A stretch of DNA of 64,000 bases from Ministeria vibrans ATCC 50519 (Eukaryota; Protista; Filasterea): contig CALSCP010001419.1 of the NCBI GenBank assembly GCA_943704425.1, forward strand, positions 1 to 64,000, in the 5' to 3' direction. The notes under the pieces are model-generated. The model saw only the letters and a program-made list of their open reading frames with translations. It was not told the DNA's origin and did no database searches. Below, one piece after another: positions 10,679-35,797 of the stretch (position 1 is the stretch's first letter; the number at the start of each line of letters is the position of its first letter). The position numbers and the translations under genes were made by a program.

Positions 10679-13073
10679 ATGTCCGCCGACAAAACCCCCG
10701 GCCTCGCAGCCGACGTCGATTCAATGTATGTCCCATTATTGTTCCTTGCCCAGTCTGCTGGACACGCCGAAGTACTCACGATCTCATTGTTTTAGCGACG
10801 CTCTCGAAATTGTCGAAAACCTTGACGCTCTCTTTTACCACATCCAAGATGGTCGTCGCGAGAGCGAATCGGCCTTGGATACTGTGTCGAAAGCAGCCAA
10901 GGCGTACGCCTCGCACGTAAAACAGGCTGTTGCCATGGGACAGACGTTTGTCACGAGCCTGAGATCTCTGGGCGAGGTAAACTTACTTGTTCGACTATAT
11001 ACAAAAAACCCAATTCACACCTCAGCCGGAACGTGACATCGCCTGCGCGCTTCGTTTTGCCCTCCTCTTGGCTGGCTGTGCGTCCCCGATGTGATCGACC
11101 CACAGCGCCGTGAATGCGTCGCTTGTCTTGGCTCTCTTCTCATTCCGATTCCAAACCATAACGATCGCGATCCTCTCCGCTATAAGCCATCGTTCAGCCT
11201 CTGTCCTCCCCTCATGCCACTGCCACACCATTCTTTGTCCAAACACAGTGCATGTGCACCGGACCCCGCGTTGCTTCTCACCCGTGGTTTCACATCCGTT
11301 TTTTTTCTTCTTTTTTTTCGGCAACAACCACTGCGCACCGCTTGCCTTACGTCCAGCCGCTGCATCGACAGCACGATTGCTACATATGCAGTGGATAAGG
11401 GGCTCAGAGTGGTCGTTGTGCAGCCGTAACGAGCGCTGGTCGTTCTGTTATTTTATTTTTTTCGCTTTTGGTTTTGTTTGCGCGCAGAGTGTAAACAAGT
11501 CACCGGGTGAGATGTATGGCCTTGGCAAAGCGGTGACCAATCTGTGTGATTGTAAGCTTCTTGCGCTCGAAGAGGAAGCTCGCTACGCAGATTTGGTGTT
11601 GGCGGTCGCGGAACAAGCTAAGGTACGACGACAGACACACCCCGCCACACAGACACAGACTCAGACAGACACGCACAAACACACCCACTCGCATTCACCC
11701 TCACTCGCACTCACCCTCACTTGCACACACACACACACTCTCTCTCTCTCTCTTAATCATCGCCCTGGGAGTATAGTCAACGAAAGATAATGCGGCGAGT
11801 GTGTCGGAGGAGCAAGGGAAAGACTACGAGAGACAGACAAAGGCGGGACACAGTGAGTTGAAAGTGCTGTCCAAGACGGCGAAAAGACACAGTACTCGAA
11901 TTGAAAAGGTGCGCACCGTTATCATGATCTTTTTGTGGTTGTCAGTAGAATGGGTTAGTAACTGTTGACATTGTGTAGGGTTCGGGTGAAGATGAAGGAA
12001 AGCTAAGGGAAACGAGTGAGACTGCGTCGCAAACAGTACGTTGCTTTGCCGAGTTTGCGCCCTTTTACATTTTTTGTTTTGTTTTTCGTGTGTGTCTTTG
12101 ATGTGTGTCAGGTTGCGGCACTGGAGAAGGTGCAAAAGGAGAGCCTGTTGCTTGCAATGGGGACGGACCGTCGGCGCATTGCCTCGTTTCTGTCGTCGCT
12201 CAATGCGTCGTTTCGGTCCGAGGTGTCGCATCTGCAGATGAAAGGTCCGTTGCAGGACAAGCTGCATGCCGCCGAGCAGGTGCTCAAGACGGTGCCCGAC
12301 AATGCAGACGAAGAGTAAGCAAGAAGACTACCATGATTAATTTGTTATATTGTTAACAATTTTGTAGTGAGGCAGTGCTGAATGAGTATGCATTGGGGGT
12401 ACGGAGTGTGCCGCGGTCCAAGGCAATGAAGCGACAATGGAACTGCGGCCCACTGAAGCGGATGCCGTCAATTGAGAGTGGGGCGAGCGGGAATGGCGGA
12501 GGGGCGTTGCGTCGCTCGGCCAGTCTGGAGAAGGTCACGGAAGGAACACTGCGGTCGGGCCACCACCTGTCGCGGTCGATGGAGGCACTGGACACGACAC
12601 GACTGGGCGTAAGTGGAGGGGCGCGGAGTGGCACTGAAAGCGACGACGAGGGCAGTGACCGGTCGCGCAGTCTGTCACCGTATCGTGGGCGAGCGGGGAG
12701 TGCGCACTCGGACAGCCATGTGCGATTTGGGGCACACAACACGGGCGGTGGAGGAGGAGGAGGTGGTGTTGGTGGTGGTGGTGGTGGGAGCGGCGAGGGG
12801 TCGCGACCTGGGTCAGCGGGACGAGGCGACGAGAAGCGGAATATGCGGGCACTTTTCTCTACCACGACGGCTCACTCGGCTGAAGCACTGGTGCGACTGC
12901 GGCGCGAGACATCCACCACCGACGTAAACGCGCAGGGGGTGGCCACAGAGCCACTCACAGCTAAAGAGCGGTACGAACAGATTCTGGCACTGGAGCGGGC
13001 ACTGGGCGGAGGGGTCGACGGCGACGCCGTGCACCCGCCCGACGTCATTGTGCGCGCCCCCTCCGCCCACTAG
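10679..13073 (+). CDS. Probable I-BAR/IMD (IRSp53/MIM-like) domain protein with disordered tail, multi-exon
   Basis: Helical exons KAAKAYASHVKQAVAMGQTFVTSLRSLGE|...LGKAVTNL..|KDYERQTKAGHSELKVLSK..|ALEKVQKESLLLAMGTDRRRIASFL resemble IMD helices; Gly/Ser-rich last exon 12368-13073. Confidence 0.5.
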
Positions 13074-13195
13074 TCCTCCCGCCTGACAGGCTGGCACTCA
13101 TGGCAGCGCACTGCGTTTAATATTTATACGATTTAATAATAATAGTAATAATTTCAAAGTATGTACAGAGCTGAGGGAAGTGCGCACTTCAACTT

Positions 13196-14116
13196 TTAGA
13201 GCATAAGGGTCGAGCGCACTTTGAACTTGCGCACAGCTCGTTCTGCGGCGCGAAATGCAAACTGATTGCCATGCAACAACAGTACTTGTTGACGCACATT
13301 CAACGAGAACACACTTCCTTTCTTTGGGACGTCTGTGTAAGAGAGAAAGAGAGAAAGAGGTTGAATGGGGTGTTCGCGTTCGTTCTTTTCACCGTCTCTT
13401 ACTGCGCGCTCGATTGTCAGGGCACACTACCAGAAACATGTTCTCTGTCTCGTGTACTACAATCCCTTCAATACCAATCATGGAGGGACATTTCGATTGG
13501 ACCACTACGTGAAAAGGAAAACCTTCCCCGTTGAACACCCTACCGAGGACCCTCAGCGTCGCGTACCTTTTAAAATGGCCCCGTGGAAGTCTGCCTTGAG
13601 CAACCGCGTTGCGGAGGCGTCGCCTTGCGCGCCCTGGTACTCGGGCACAAGCGCATGGATGTACTGGAGCCACAGCTGGTGCAGTTCCACATAGAGCGCA
13701 AAGCGCTGCTCCTCTTTGCTCAGCGACACCAGTCCGACTCTCGACGGTCCCCGTGTGCCTCGCACTATAGTTCTCGCTGGCACTTGGCTCCCATCGAGGC
13801 CGCTGGTCGTCGCAGCGGCCCCTGCTGCCGCTGTGCTGGTGCTCGTTGACGGCATCAAATGAACCAATTTGCGTTGGAGTTTGGTGGTAAAGAGCGAGTC
13901 GTCGGCGCCCTCGTCGCCGGCCATGCCCATCAGTGCTTTGACAGTCTGGCCCGCGGAGACGGCAGGGGCGGAAGAGAGTGCGGCGGGCGTCGACGGCACA
14001 CTGATGTGGCTGTACAGAAAGGCATCCGACGCTGCCGGCTCAAGGGCCATTCGCTTCGTCGGCGGAGGCGTCCCGGGCGGCGTTGACGTCGCTGAGAGCG
14101 ATCCTCGCCGTTTCAT
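13196..14116 (-). CDS. POP4: RNase P/MRP subunit POP4 (Rpp29), 3 exons
   Basis: LHQLWLQYI...LLKADFHGAILK|VVQSKCPSMIGIEGIVVHETENMF|VPKKGSVF...LHGNQFAFRAAERAVRKFK. Confidence 0.92.
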
Positions 14117-14357
14117 GGCAAAGAACAAGTCAAGAGCGAAGGAAGAAAAAAGAATTGAAACGGATCTAACTCACAATTTGGATAGGATGTCGTTCGAATT
14201 TGAGTCAATTTGTTGTCTGGTACGGCTGCGTTTGTCATATTTCCCAACCTTTTGTGTCGGATTTTGCAAATCATTGTTGTTTTCTTCTTCACATTTTACA
14301 ACTTCTTGGGGGTTTCTCTCGAAAAACACACACATATTCTCTCTCTCCATTTCCCAC

Positions 14358-15192
14358 TCATCGACCACGGAATCCACCACCACCGCCACCACGGAAACCA
14401 CCACCACCACCACCACCGCGGAAGCCACCACCACCACCACCACCGCGGAAGCCACCACCACCACCACCACCGCGGAAGCCACCACCTCCACCACCACCGC
14501 GGAAGCCACCGCCACCACCACCACCGCGGAAGCCACCGCCACCGCCAGCACCGCCACGGAAGCCACCGCCGCCTCGTGCCCCACCACGACCACCTCCACG
14601 GAATCCAGGCTTGTCTACTCGCCCACCCGGTGTCTACAGCAGTGAGAGAGAGAGACGGTGAGCAACACGATGCAATACACGAGTGACTTACTCGAGGTGC
14701 TTTGGGTCCCTTGGGCTGGGGCAGAAATCGAGACTTGGGCATCAGTCGGTAGGGATCAATAAACATCTTCTGGCCGGCGGAAAAGGACGTCGCAACACAA
14801 CCCTCGTCGAGTTTTACTGTGAACATCTATAAAGTAGCAAAAGAGGACAAATGATACAATTATATTTGTGTTTCATAGTGTGTGTGAGTCAGTCTCAAGG
14901 TGCGCACTTGTTGCCACTTACGACGTTGGTCAACGAGCCAAACACCTCGTCAATCTTGCCGATGCGAGTCTTGTCCTCGTAAAAAATGTAAGCATTGAAT
15001 TGCCTAAGAGACATAAAAGAAAAAACGACGACACATTTTCAACACTAACTTTGACTAACGTCGCACAAAAAAAGGTCCACGCTCATTCTAAAAGAGTCAC
15101 TTACGGCACCATCTCGCTTGTAGACTTGCACACAAGCTCGCCTTCGCACGGATGCATAAAGGCTCCGACTTCTACAGAGGACAGCGTGGACA
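14358..15192 (-). CDS. GAR1: H/ACA snoRNP subunit GAR1 (5' end lost in the N gap)
   Basis: Exons give [18 protein letters not shown]|[22 protein letters not shown]|[31 protein letters not shown] and a C-terminal RGG/FRGG repeat exon. Confidence 0.93.
14365..14575. repeat. ~27-bp coding tandem repeat encoding the GAR1 FRGGGGGGG tail
   Basis: Repeated CCGCGGAAGCCACCACCACCACCACCA units. Confidence 0.9.
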
Positions 15193-15240
15193 CTGCAGGT
15201 GAGAGAGGAAAACCAGCACGAAAAAAAAAAAAAAAGGAGA

Positions 15241-16033
15241 NNNNNNNNNNNNNNNNNNNNNNNNNNNNNNNNNNNNNNNNNNNNNNNNNNNNNNNNNNNN
15301 NNNNNNNNNNNNNNNNNNNNNNNNNNNNNNNNNNNNNNNNNNNNNNNNNNNNNNNNNNNNNNNNNNNNNNNNNNNNNNNNNNNNNNNNNNNNNNNNNNNN
15401 NNNNNNNNNNNNNNNNNNNNNNNNNNNNNNNNNNNNNNNNNNNNNNNNNNNNNNNNNNNNNNNNNNNNNNNNNNNNNNNNNNNNNNNNNNNNNNNNNNNN
15501 NNNNNNNNNNNNNNNNNNNNNNNNNNNNNNNNNNNNNNNNNNNNNNNNNNNNNNNNNNNNNNNNNNNNNNNNNNNNNNNNNNNNNNNNNNNNNNNNNNNN
15601 NNNNNNNNNNNNNNNNNNNNNNNNNNNNNNNNNNNNNNNNNNNNNNNNNNNNNNNNNNNNNNNNNNNNNNNNNNNNNNNNNNNNNNNNNNNNNNNNNNNN
15701 NNNNNNNNNNNNNNNNNNNNNNNNNNNNNNNNNNNNNNNNNNNNNNNNNNNNNNNNNNNNNNNNNNNNNNNNNNNNNNNNNNNNNNNNNNNNNNNNNNNN
15801 NNNNNNNNNNNNNNNNNNNNNNNNNNNNNNNNNNNNNNNNNNNNNNNNNNNNNNNNNNNNNNNNNNNNNNNNNNNNNNNNNNNNNNNNNNNNNNNNNNNN
15901 NNNNNNNNNNNNNNNNNNNNNNNNNNNNNNNNNNNNNNNNNNNNNNNNNNNNNNNNNNNNNNNNNNNNNNNNNNNNNNNNNNNNNNNNNNNNNNNNNNNN
16001 NNNNNNNNNNNNNNNNNNNNNNNNNNNNNNNNN
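15241..16033. other. Assembly gap (N run) probably hiding the 5' ends of GAR1 and the TOM1-like gene
   Basis: Continuous Ns; the genes on both sides point away from the gap and lack starts. Confidence 0.95.
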
Positions 16034-16121
16034 TCTATCACTTTGTTTCCTCTATCACTTTGTTTCCTCTATCACTTTGTTTCTTTCCTCTCTCTAACTC
16101 TAACTCTCTATCACTTTCTTA

Positions 16122-16926
16122 GACATGGTCGACAATTTCTTCCATGCCGTCTCATCGCTTGTGGCGGGCGTTGCTATTGTTGTCTCGGGCGGTCAGCTGT
16201 ACCTGCGTTTGCGTCGCTTTCCGATCGATGGGCCCGGAAGAAAAGAGAAGATGCGAGAGGTATGAAGGATGTGATGTGTGAACAGCCAAGAGTCGACCTT
16301 CTGATGGACTTATTCTTTTAACAGATTGGAATGACAACCGTTGTGTTGACGCTGTGCTTTGCCTTCCGCGCCGCTCTGACATGTCTTGTCGCGCTTGTGC
16401 GCTCCATAGACTCCATTTACTGGTTCCTCTTTGTCTTCTTCGTTGTCACCGAAGTCATTCCCTGTGTTCTCGTACGCCTTATCAACACTTGTTTGCTCTG
16501 CTTGACTCACACACCCACTCACTCACACGCTACATTACGTAGGTGCTGTACATCCTGCGCCGTCTGCCTCCCAAGCGACCCCTGCGCCACACACCCTCCT
16601 CATCGTCGTCCGACAACAGTCAACACACCCACCACATCAGCTCGCACAGCCAACAGAACCTCTACGCTATCTCTCCCCCCCCACTCTCTCCATCCTCCTC
16701 ACCACCCCCCTCTGCACCCACCGCTATCATTCCTTCCTCCTCCAACACATCCATCTCCATTCTCCCTTCCGCCTCCACCTCAACCTCCACCTCCGAACGA
16801 GCCCCCCTTCTCCGCACCCGTCCTCTCTCCGACGGCGCCACTCGTTCTCTACCCTCCTCCACCGCCACTCCTGCCCCAGCTCGTCTCTTCATCTCCGCCA
16901 GTCTTAGTCTTCCCAAGTACGTCGGC

Positions 16927-17012
<86 letters not shown>

Positions 17013-17157
17013 GTCTTTACTTTCTGGTCCTTTTCTCACTCCCTTCCCTCTCACTCACAGGTCCTCTTTGCTCGATTCCGTCATTCGCCCCACTCCTCAG
17101 ACTCACAGCGCGTCACTTCACATTCAAAACGCAAACGCGTACGGTTCGCTCCGCTAA
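16122..17157 (+). CDS. TOM1/THH1 (DUF1084, GPR137-related) multi-TM protein, 3' exons only
   Basis: Spliced GGQLYLRLRRFPIDGPGRKEKMRE|IGMTTVVLTLCFAFRA...EVIPCVL|VLYILRRLPPKR matches the plant TOM1 pattern GG.LF.MLRRFPIES.GR.KK...EI.PS.LVLYILRKLPPKR. Confidence 0.8.
16931..17008. repeat. (CA)n microsatellite in an intron
   Basis: Direct observation. Confidence 0.98.
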
Positions 17158-17285
17158 AACCCTCAAATCAACCACACGTAAAAGCAACAATACGAGAGAA
17201 TGACAACAATCTCAACAATGTGTATAATGATAAAATTAAAATAATGCCAAACTGGAACATTTATTCACACGAAGGCGCATAATAA

Positions 17286-30047
<12,762 letters not shown>

Positions 30048-30516
30048 AGAGCGTAGCGGCAAGTTGAGTTGGCGCTGTATTCGCGGAGGTTGTCAAGGAG
30101 AATGTGTGACGTTGCCAGGGGGACGGGATGTCAAAAGGTGCGAAATTCTTCGCCGTTTCAAAAGTGACCAAACAGCCGCGTCCTTTTAGTCTGTTTGCTC
30201 TACTGCGTCTACTCGGCACCTTTTTGTTTTGGTAGATTGGCGAAAGGTAGTCGAGGGTCGACGACGTTTGGCGGAAAAAGATTATTGAGTTTTCAATTAT
30301 TAAAAGTAACTCAGAATAATAATTATTATGACAATTACAACGTCCCAAACACACAAGGGGCGTCATGAAATCTAAATTCTTGGGAATTTCTTTAGAGGAC
30401 AGACAGCCCGTCCAGGCTCTTCCTAAATCCTAATTGTAAATTGACCGTATATACGTCATTCGACAACCCTTTAACCCCCCTTGGGTATAAAATGAAAATT
30501 AAGTTTGTTTGTACAT

Positions 30517-31527
30517 TCAAGTCTGCAACGCCGCGCACGCTGCCGTCGCCGAGTCCAGGACGGCAGTCTTTCGCTCAAGCAACGCTCTAGAATCTGCATA
30601 CAACTGTCGCTTCACTTCGATTTCGCCTGTCACACGTCCGTTTGCGCGGCGAATCTGTAGACGGCGGGCGGGGGCTCATGATTAGTACAGCCCTCGTACC
30701 AGGTCTTTTTGTGTACCTCTTCAAGTTGTGCTTTGAGTCGATCACGCTCAGCAGATTTTGCTGCAATCATGTGCGCCGCGACACGTCCGGCGGGTGTGTT
30801 GAGGTTCCCTGAAGGGACCCTATGCAAATTTGAGACGTATCAATAATGAAACAAAGGGATATGGTACGGAACACGCTTACTTGTTCTCTGCCGACGACGA
30901 TGTCCCCACAAGTGCATCCAATGTATTTAACGAGTCTCGCACGTTTTTTTCCTCTTGCAAGATCAACTCAAACTCGTGCTGGGGACGAAAGAACAGAGTT
31001 GAATTGTTTGAAAATATTGCGTCGTTTTTTTTTTTTTTTTTTTTTTTTTTTTTNNNNNNNNNNAAAGCGCATTCGCTCTTTGCGGGTCAGCATGTTCGCC
31101 TAATGACACGCGACACACGGAAAAGTCCACTTCTCTTACCTCTACGCTTTGACGCAGGTACACCTGAAACTGTTCATATGTATGGCCGATTTGCTTCTTC
31201 TGTGATGACGAGGCGCCCGTAAAACAGTTGGCAGCGTCGTCCGCGCTGAGGTTTAGAGCGAAAGTGTTTGAAAAAACCATTAGAACTTCACTGTCGCTTA
31301 GAACGTAAAATATACAGGCGCCACAGCCGATTCGACTCAATAGGGTGTCTGATACACATGTCACGAGGACAATGCGGAGTGGAACACTGGACTATTCGGC
31401 TTGGTTTCCAGACAAGGAAAAATAACACTTACGAGACATCGGCCAACATGGTCTCGGTTGCCTTCATCAGGACCTGTCTCAGTCGTCGCACGCGCACTCC
31501 ATCGCTCGAGTCAACCACTTCTTCCAT
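30517..31527 (-). CDS. Probable Mis12-complex kinetochore subunit Nnf1/PMF1-like (about 5 exons)
   Basis: Spliced MEEVVDSSDGVRVRRLRQVLMKATETMLADVS|ADDAANCF...YLRQSVE|HEFELILQEEKNVRDSLNTLDALV followed by a coiled coil; fits the Nnf1 pattern R..RL / CF / EF..I..E.NV...L..LD.L. Confidence 0.65.
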
Positions 31528-31607
31528 CTTGAAAAATTAAGTTGATAAGTTTGATTTAAGATTTTAGTTTCAGTTTTTTGATTTTTTTTTTGATTTTTTT
31601 ATTCATC

Positions 31608-32332
31608 ATGAACCTCTCCGAGGCGCAAGAGGACGAAATTATGGCCCTCGAGTCTATATACGGTGATCACTTTAGTCGCGAACCGGCAGACGAGACGAGC
31701 GTGAAAATCAAGGTCTACTCGACCATAACTTGGACGAAGTTTGTCTTGAAAATCGTCTTTCTCTCGCTTCTCAACAGGTTTCCGTTGCAGTCGAGGTACC
31801 CAGTGAGTTTTCCGTCACCATGGACGGCGGTACAACGTGCATTCCTGTCGAGCATTTGCCCCCCATTGGTCTTTTTGTCAAGTACACTGCCAGCACCTAC
31901 CCACACATCCCTACGTTTGCCCTCGACTGCTCTTGGCTCACCATCGACAAGGTAGGAGGAACCAAGCCGACCGTCGTGGTCGATCAAGAGTGCCTGGGCC
32001 ATGCGACAGGCGATTGAGCAATTGAGTCTAATGGTGTGACTGTCTGTCTCATACTCCCTCCCTTTCATTCCCAGTTGAGTGCCCTTCACCGAGAACTCAC
32101 TGACAGCTTTGATGGCGAACCCGTTGTCTTTGACTGGTGCACGACGCTGCAGTCGCTCGATTTGAGCAGCCAGAATCCGTTTCAGTTGGACATTTCGCTG
32201 GTCAACTCGCCTCAAAGTCCCAGTCCTAACACCAAGAAACCGCCCGTCCGCCAATCGGCGCTGTCCATTCCAAAGTTGCTCCAAAGTATCATTGAGTTTG
32301 ATGCAGCAGAGAAACAGCGCATCTTTGACGAG

Positions 32333-32422
<90 letters not shown>

Positions 32423-33517
32423 GAGGAGGAGGGGGAAAGAAGCAAAGTGATAGATAGATTGTGATAGAGAGAGAGGAGGAGGGGGAAAGAAGCAAAGTGA
32501 TAGATAGATTGTGATAGAGAGAGAGGAGGAGGGGGAAAGAAGCAAAGTGATAGATAGATTGATAGAGAGAGAGGAGTGAGAATAACAAAGTGAAAGTGGG
32601 GGAAGAACAAATAGAAATAGAAAGAGGGGGAGAACAAATAGAGACGTGAACTCGCTGACCATTCACTTTGTATATCCCACTCAGTCGTACATTGAATGCG
32701 AAATCTGCTACAGCGAGCTTGCCGGGCACAAGTGCCATCGTTTGTCGCTGTGCGGACACACGTACTGTCGGGCCTGTCTGACGGCATCGTTCACGAGCGC
32801 CCTCTCTAGCAACCAGTCACGTCCACAGTGTCCCACGGGCGACTGTACGTTTGACGTGTCCCCGCTCGACCTTAAAGTGCTCTTGAGCGCCGCTGTCTAT
32901 GCACAATACGAGCAACGGCTGCTGGAGAAGACGCTGTCGGCGATGGACGACGTGCACTACTGCCCGCGCCCCGGCTGCGGCAAGCTCGTCCTCGTCGAGC
33001 GCGATCTCGGCCGCTGTCCATGTGGCTTTGTCTTCTGTCTCATCTGCAATCGCGTCTACCACGGCGTCTCGCCGTGCAGCGTAGAACACGCACAGAAGCT
33101 CCTCGATGAGTACCAGACGGCGTCGCCTGCCCGGCAAGAGGAACTCGAGCGCCGCTACGGTCTCAAGAAGCTCCTGAAGATGCGCGAAGAGGCCGAAACG
33201 CTCGCCTATATCCATGAGATCTCCCAGCAGTGCCCCCATTGCAAATTTGCCATCCAAAAGACCACTGGCTGCAACAAAATGGTGAGAGCGACGACAATAG
33301 CATATTATTCATCTGTTCTAATTGGTAGGTGTGCACCTCGTGCCGCAATCACTTCTGTTGGCTGTGCTTGGCCAAACTTAATGCAGCCGACCCTTACGAG
33401 CATTTCCGCATGGGCAAGAGTGTCTGTGCAGGACTGCTATTTGACGGTATGGCCAATCCAGACTGGGACGACGAAGAGGAGGAGGAAGAGGAATACGAGG
33501 GCGGCCTCTTTGATTGA
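31608..33517 (+). CDS. RNF14: RWD + RBR (RING1-IBR-RING2) E3 ubiquitin ligase, RNF14/ARA54-like
   Basis: EAQEDEIMALESIY and HLPPI.L (RWD); CEIC...CGHTYCRAC; YCPRPGC...CGFVFCLICNRVYHGVSPC; CPHCKFAIQKTTGCNKM|CTSCRNHFCWLC; PYEHF. Confidence 0.88.
32335..32570. repeat. (GA)n microsatellite followed by ~3 copies of a 50-bp minisatellite, in an RNF14 intron
   Basis: GGGGGAAAGAAGCAAAGTGATAGATAGATT recurs at 32431, 32481 and 32531. Confidence 0.95.
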
Positions 33518-33896
33518 TATTGAACGAAAATGTTGTATGATTGTATAATAATAATATTATAACGCTTCCACACACACTCTCTCTGGGGCCGTCGGGGCTT
33601 CACTCGGGCGGTCTTTACTGTGTGTCTTTGCTCTCTTATTCTTCAGCCTTTCCTTTTCGCTGTACGCTTATGAGTTATGAGTTACAGTAACCAAAACATT
33701 TCAACTCCCAACCTAATGTACAAACAAAGTACACATACAATCATACATTATTCAAAAAACTCAAAAAATCAAATTAAATTTAATTGGTTCTCAGTTAGCG
33801 TTGCGCGCGTGGAGTTGCACTCCAACGCAAGATCGAAAGACACTGCGCTCTATTCGTCTATCTCTTTCTTTCTTTCTCTTTTTTTTTCTTTTCTTA

Positions 33897-35710
33897 ATGT
33901 CAAACACATCGCGTACGCCGTCGCCAGGCAGCTTCCCGGCGGACCTGCTCGACGTCGGGATCGACCATAACTTTGATCTTCTGGACGACCTGTGGGAGGA
34001 GACGGTCATTGCAGGCGGTACGGCCGGCAGCGGCGACGATTTCGACAGGGCGGCCGAACCTTCGTCGACGAACGATACCAACAGTGCATTCCCTCACACT
34101 CAAATGGACACCTCCATGACGCTCGACGATGAAACGGAAGCCGCCAAGGTGCGTCGATCCAGTCGCCGTCGACGGCCCTCGTCGGCTGCAGCGGCCGCGG
34201 CGGACGCGTCAAGCACAACAGCGCATCCCACAAGCGCCGCTTCGCTCGGGGGTCGCCGCCGTCGCCCACCACCTCCCGCGCCTACCACCACCACCACCAC
34301 CACCACCAACACCACCACCAGCAGCCCCTCTACCATGGCCGCTGCGCACAACGATGATCCCCAGTCGTGGCAACAGCAGACAAGCGCGCCGTTGCAGACT
34401 GGCTTTGGTTTGGGCAGCGGTGTGCCTCTTTTTCGCTCCTCAAGCTCACAGCCGGACGCTTCGCTCTCGTTCACCCACTCGCTCCTGGGCAGCTCGGGCG
34501 CTCCCCAATCAACGGGGCTTGTTGGGCGACTCTTACACAACACCCAAACACACATGCCCATGGCATCCGGTAGCACTGCCTTTGGCGGTGGCACAGGAGG
34601 AAGTGGTGGTGTTGGCGCTGGTGGATCTTTTGGCCTGGGCGCCCCACTGATCTCTTCATCCACCACTACAACCACAACAAGCACGCGCCCAGCTGCCGCA
34701 TCGGCCGCCGCCTCAAGCACTCTGTCCGGCTCTTATCCGAGACAACAGCCGCTCTTTCACCACGGCCTTTCCCGCGATGGCTCAGCGTCCGGCAGTCTCT
34801 ACGGCAGCACCACTAGTCTTTACGACAGCAATGACCATCTCGACTCGTTTTCCGGACCCCTGCACCCCGACATCTCCTACAACGACGATGACGATAACGA
34901 CAACAACGGCAACGACGACCCCTCCTCCGCCTCAGCATCAAACACCCCTCATCACGACCAAACCAAAAAATCCCTCACTCCCTACCGTCGCAAATTGCTC
35001 AAGCGCGACACTCACAATCAAATTGAGCGAAGGTATCGTCAAATGATTCCCAATTTACTTCTCCTAATAGATCTATGTTCTTCTCTTCTGTCCCCTTTTT
35101 TTTTTGCCACACAGACGACGTGACGGTACCAAACAAACGCACTTTTACCCACAACAATTCTCATGCTGAATAATCATATCTTTATTTCCTTTTACTCTCT
35201 CTCTATCACTTTGTTTCTTTCTCCTTTCTCTCTCTCTATTTGTTTCTCTCTATTGTATATGTAGCTATTAATGATCGCATTACGGAATTGGCAGCACTGG
35301 TACCGGACGATTTCAGCCGAGATAAACAGTCGAAGGGACAAGTGCTCAAGACGTGTGTGGAGTACACACAGCACTTGCAGGCGCAAAACCAGCAGTACCG
35401 CGACGAGTACGAGCGCATCCTCCGCGTCAACATGCTCCTTGAACAGCGCCAGCGCGACTTCCAGAATCGCATCTCTCAGCTCGAACAGACCATTCAGGAG
35501 CTTGAACATCACATTGCGACGCTCGTGCTCAACGAGCATCGCCCCAACACCGCCAATCTAGCTGCCCCAACGACTCCCTCCGCTGCTGCTTCTGATGCTG
35601 CGACGGCCGACCCTGGAAATTGCAGTGAGAGCGACTCTTCTCATGTACATGCCCACTCTCCCTACGACCATCACAAAACTCCGCCCGACAGTCGGGAGCC
35701 CGAGGCATAG
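33897..35710 (+). CDS. bHLH-leucine zipper transcription factor (MITF/TFE/USF-like)
   Basis: Spliced KRDTHNQIER-RRRD-AINDRITELAALVP...KQSKGQVLKTCVEYTQHLQ plus a zipper. Requires the 11-nt exon at 35115-35125. Confidence 0.88.
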
Positions 35711-35797
35711 ACAACTCGAGAATCACTGTATTTTTTTGTACTGTACAAATATTTTATTTTTTCTTCCAGCAAAATAACCATATGCTCTGATATGAAT

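Noticed and set aside
14171-14826. Poly-Trp, poly-His, poly-Pro and poly-Val ORFs
   Set aside because: Alternative frames and strands of the GAR1 RGG repeat.
16034-16080. TCTATCACT resembles a tetO half-site
   Set aside because: No palindromic second half; it belongs to the endogenous CT-associated repeat.
14868-16122. Long ORFs spanning the gap
   Set aside because: Artefacts of translating Ns.
32431-32570. Regularly spaced repeat, checked as a possible CRISPR array
   Set aside because: No unique spacers, intronic location, eukaryotic context and no cas genes; it is a minisatellite.
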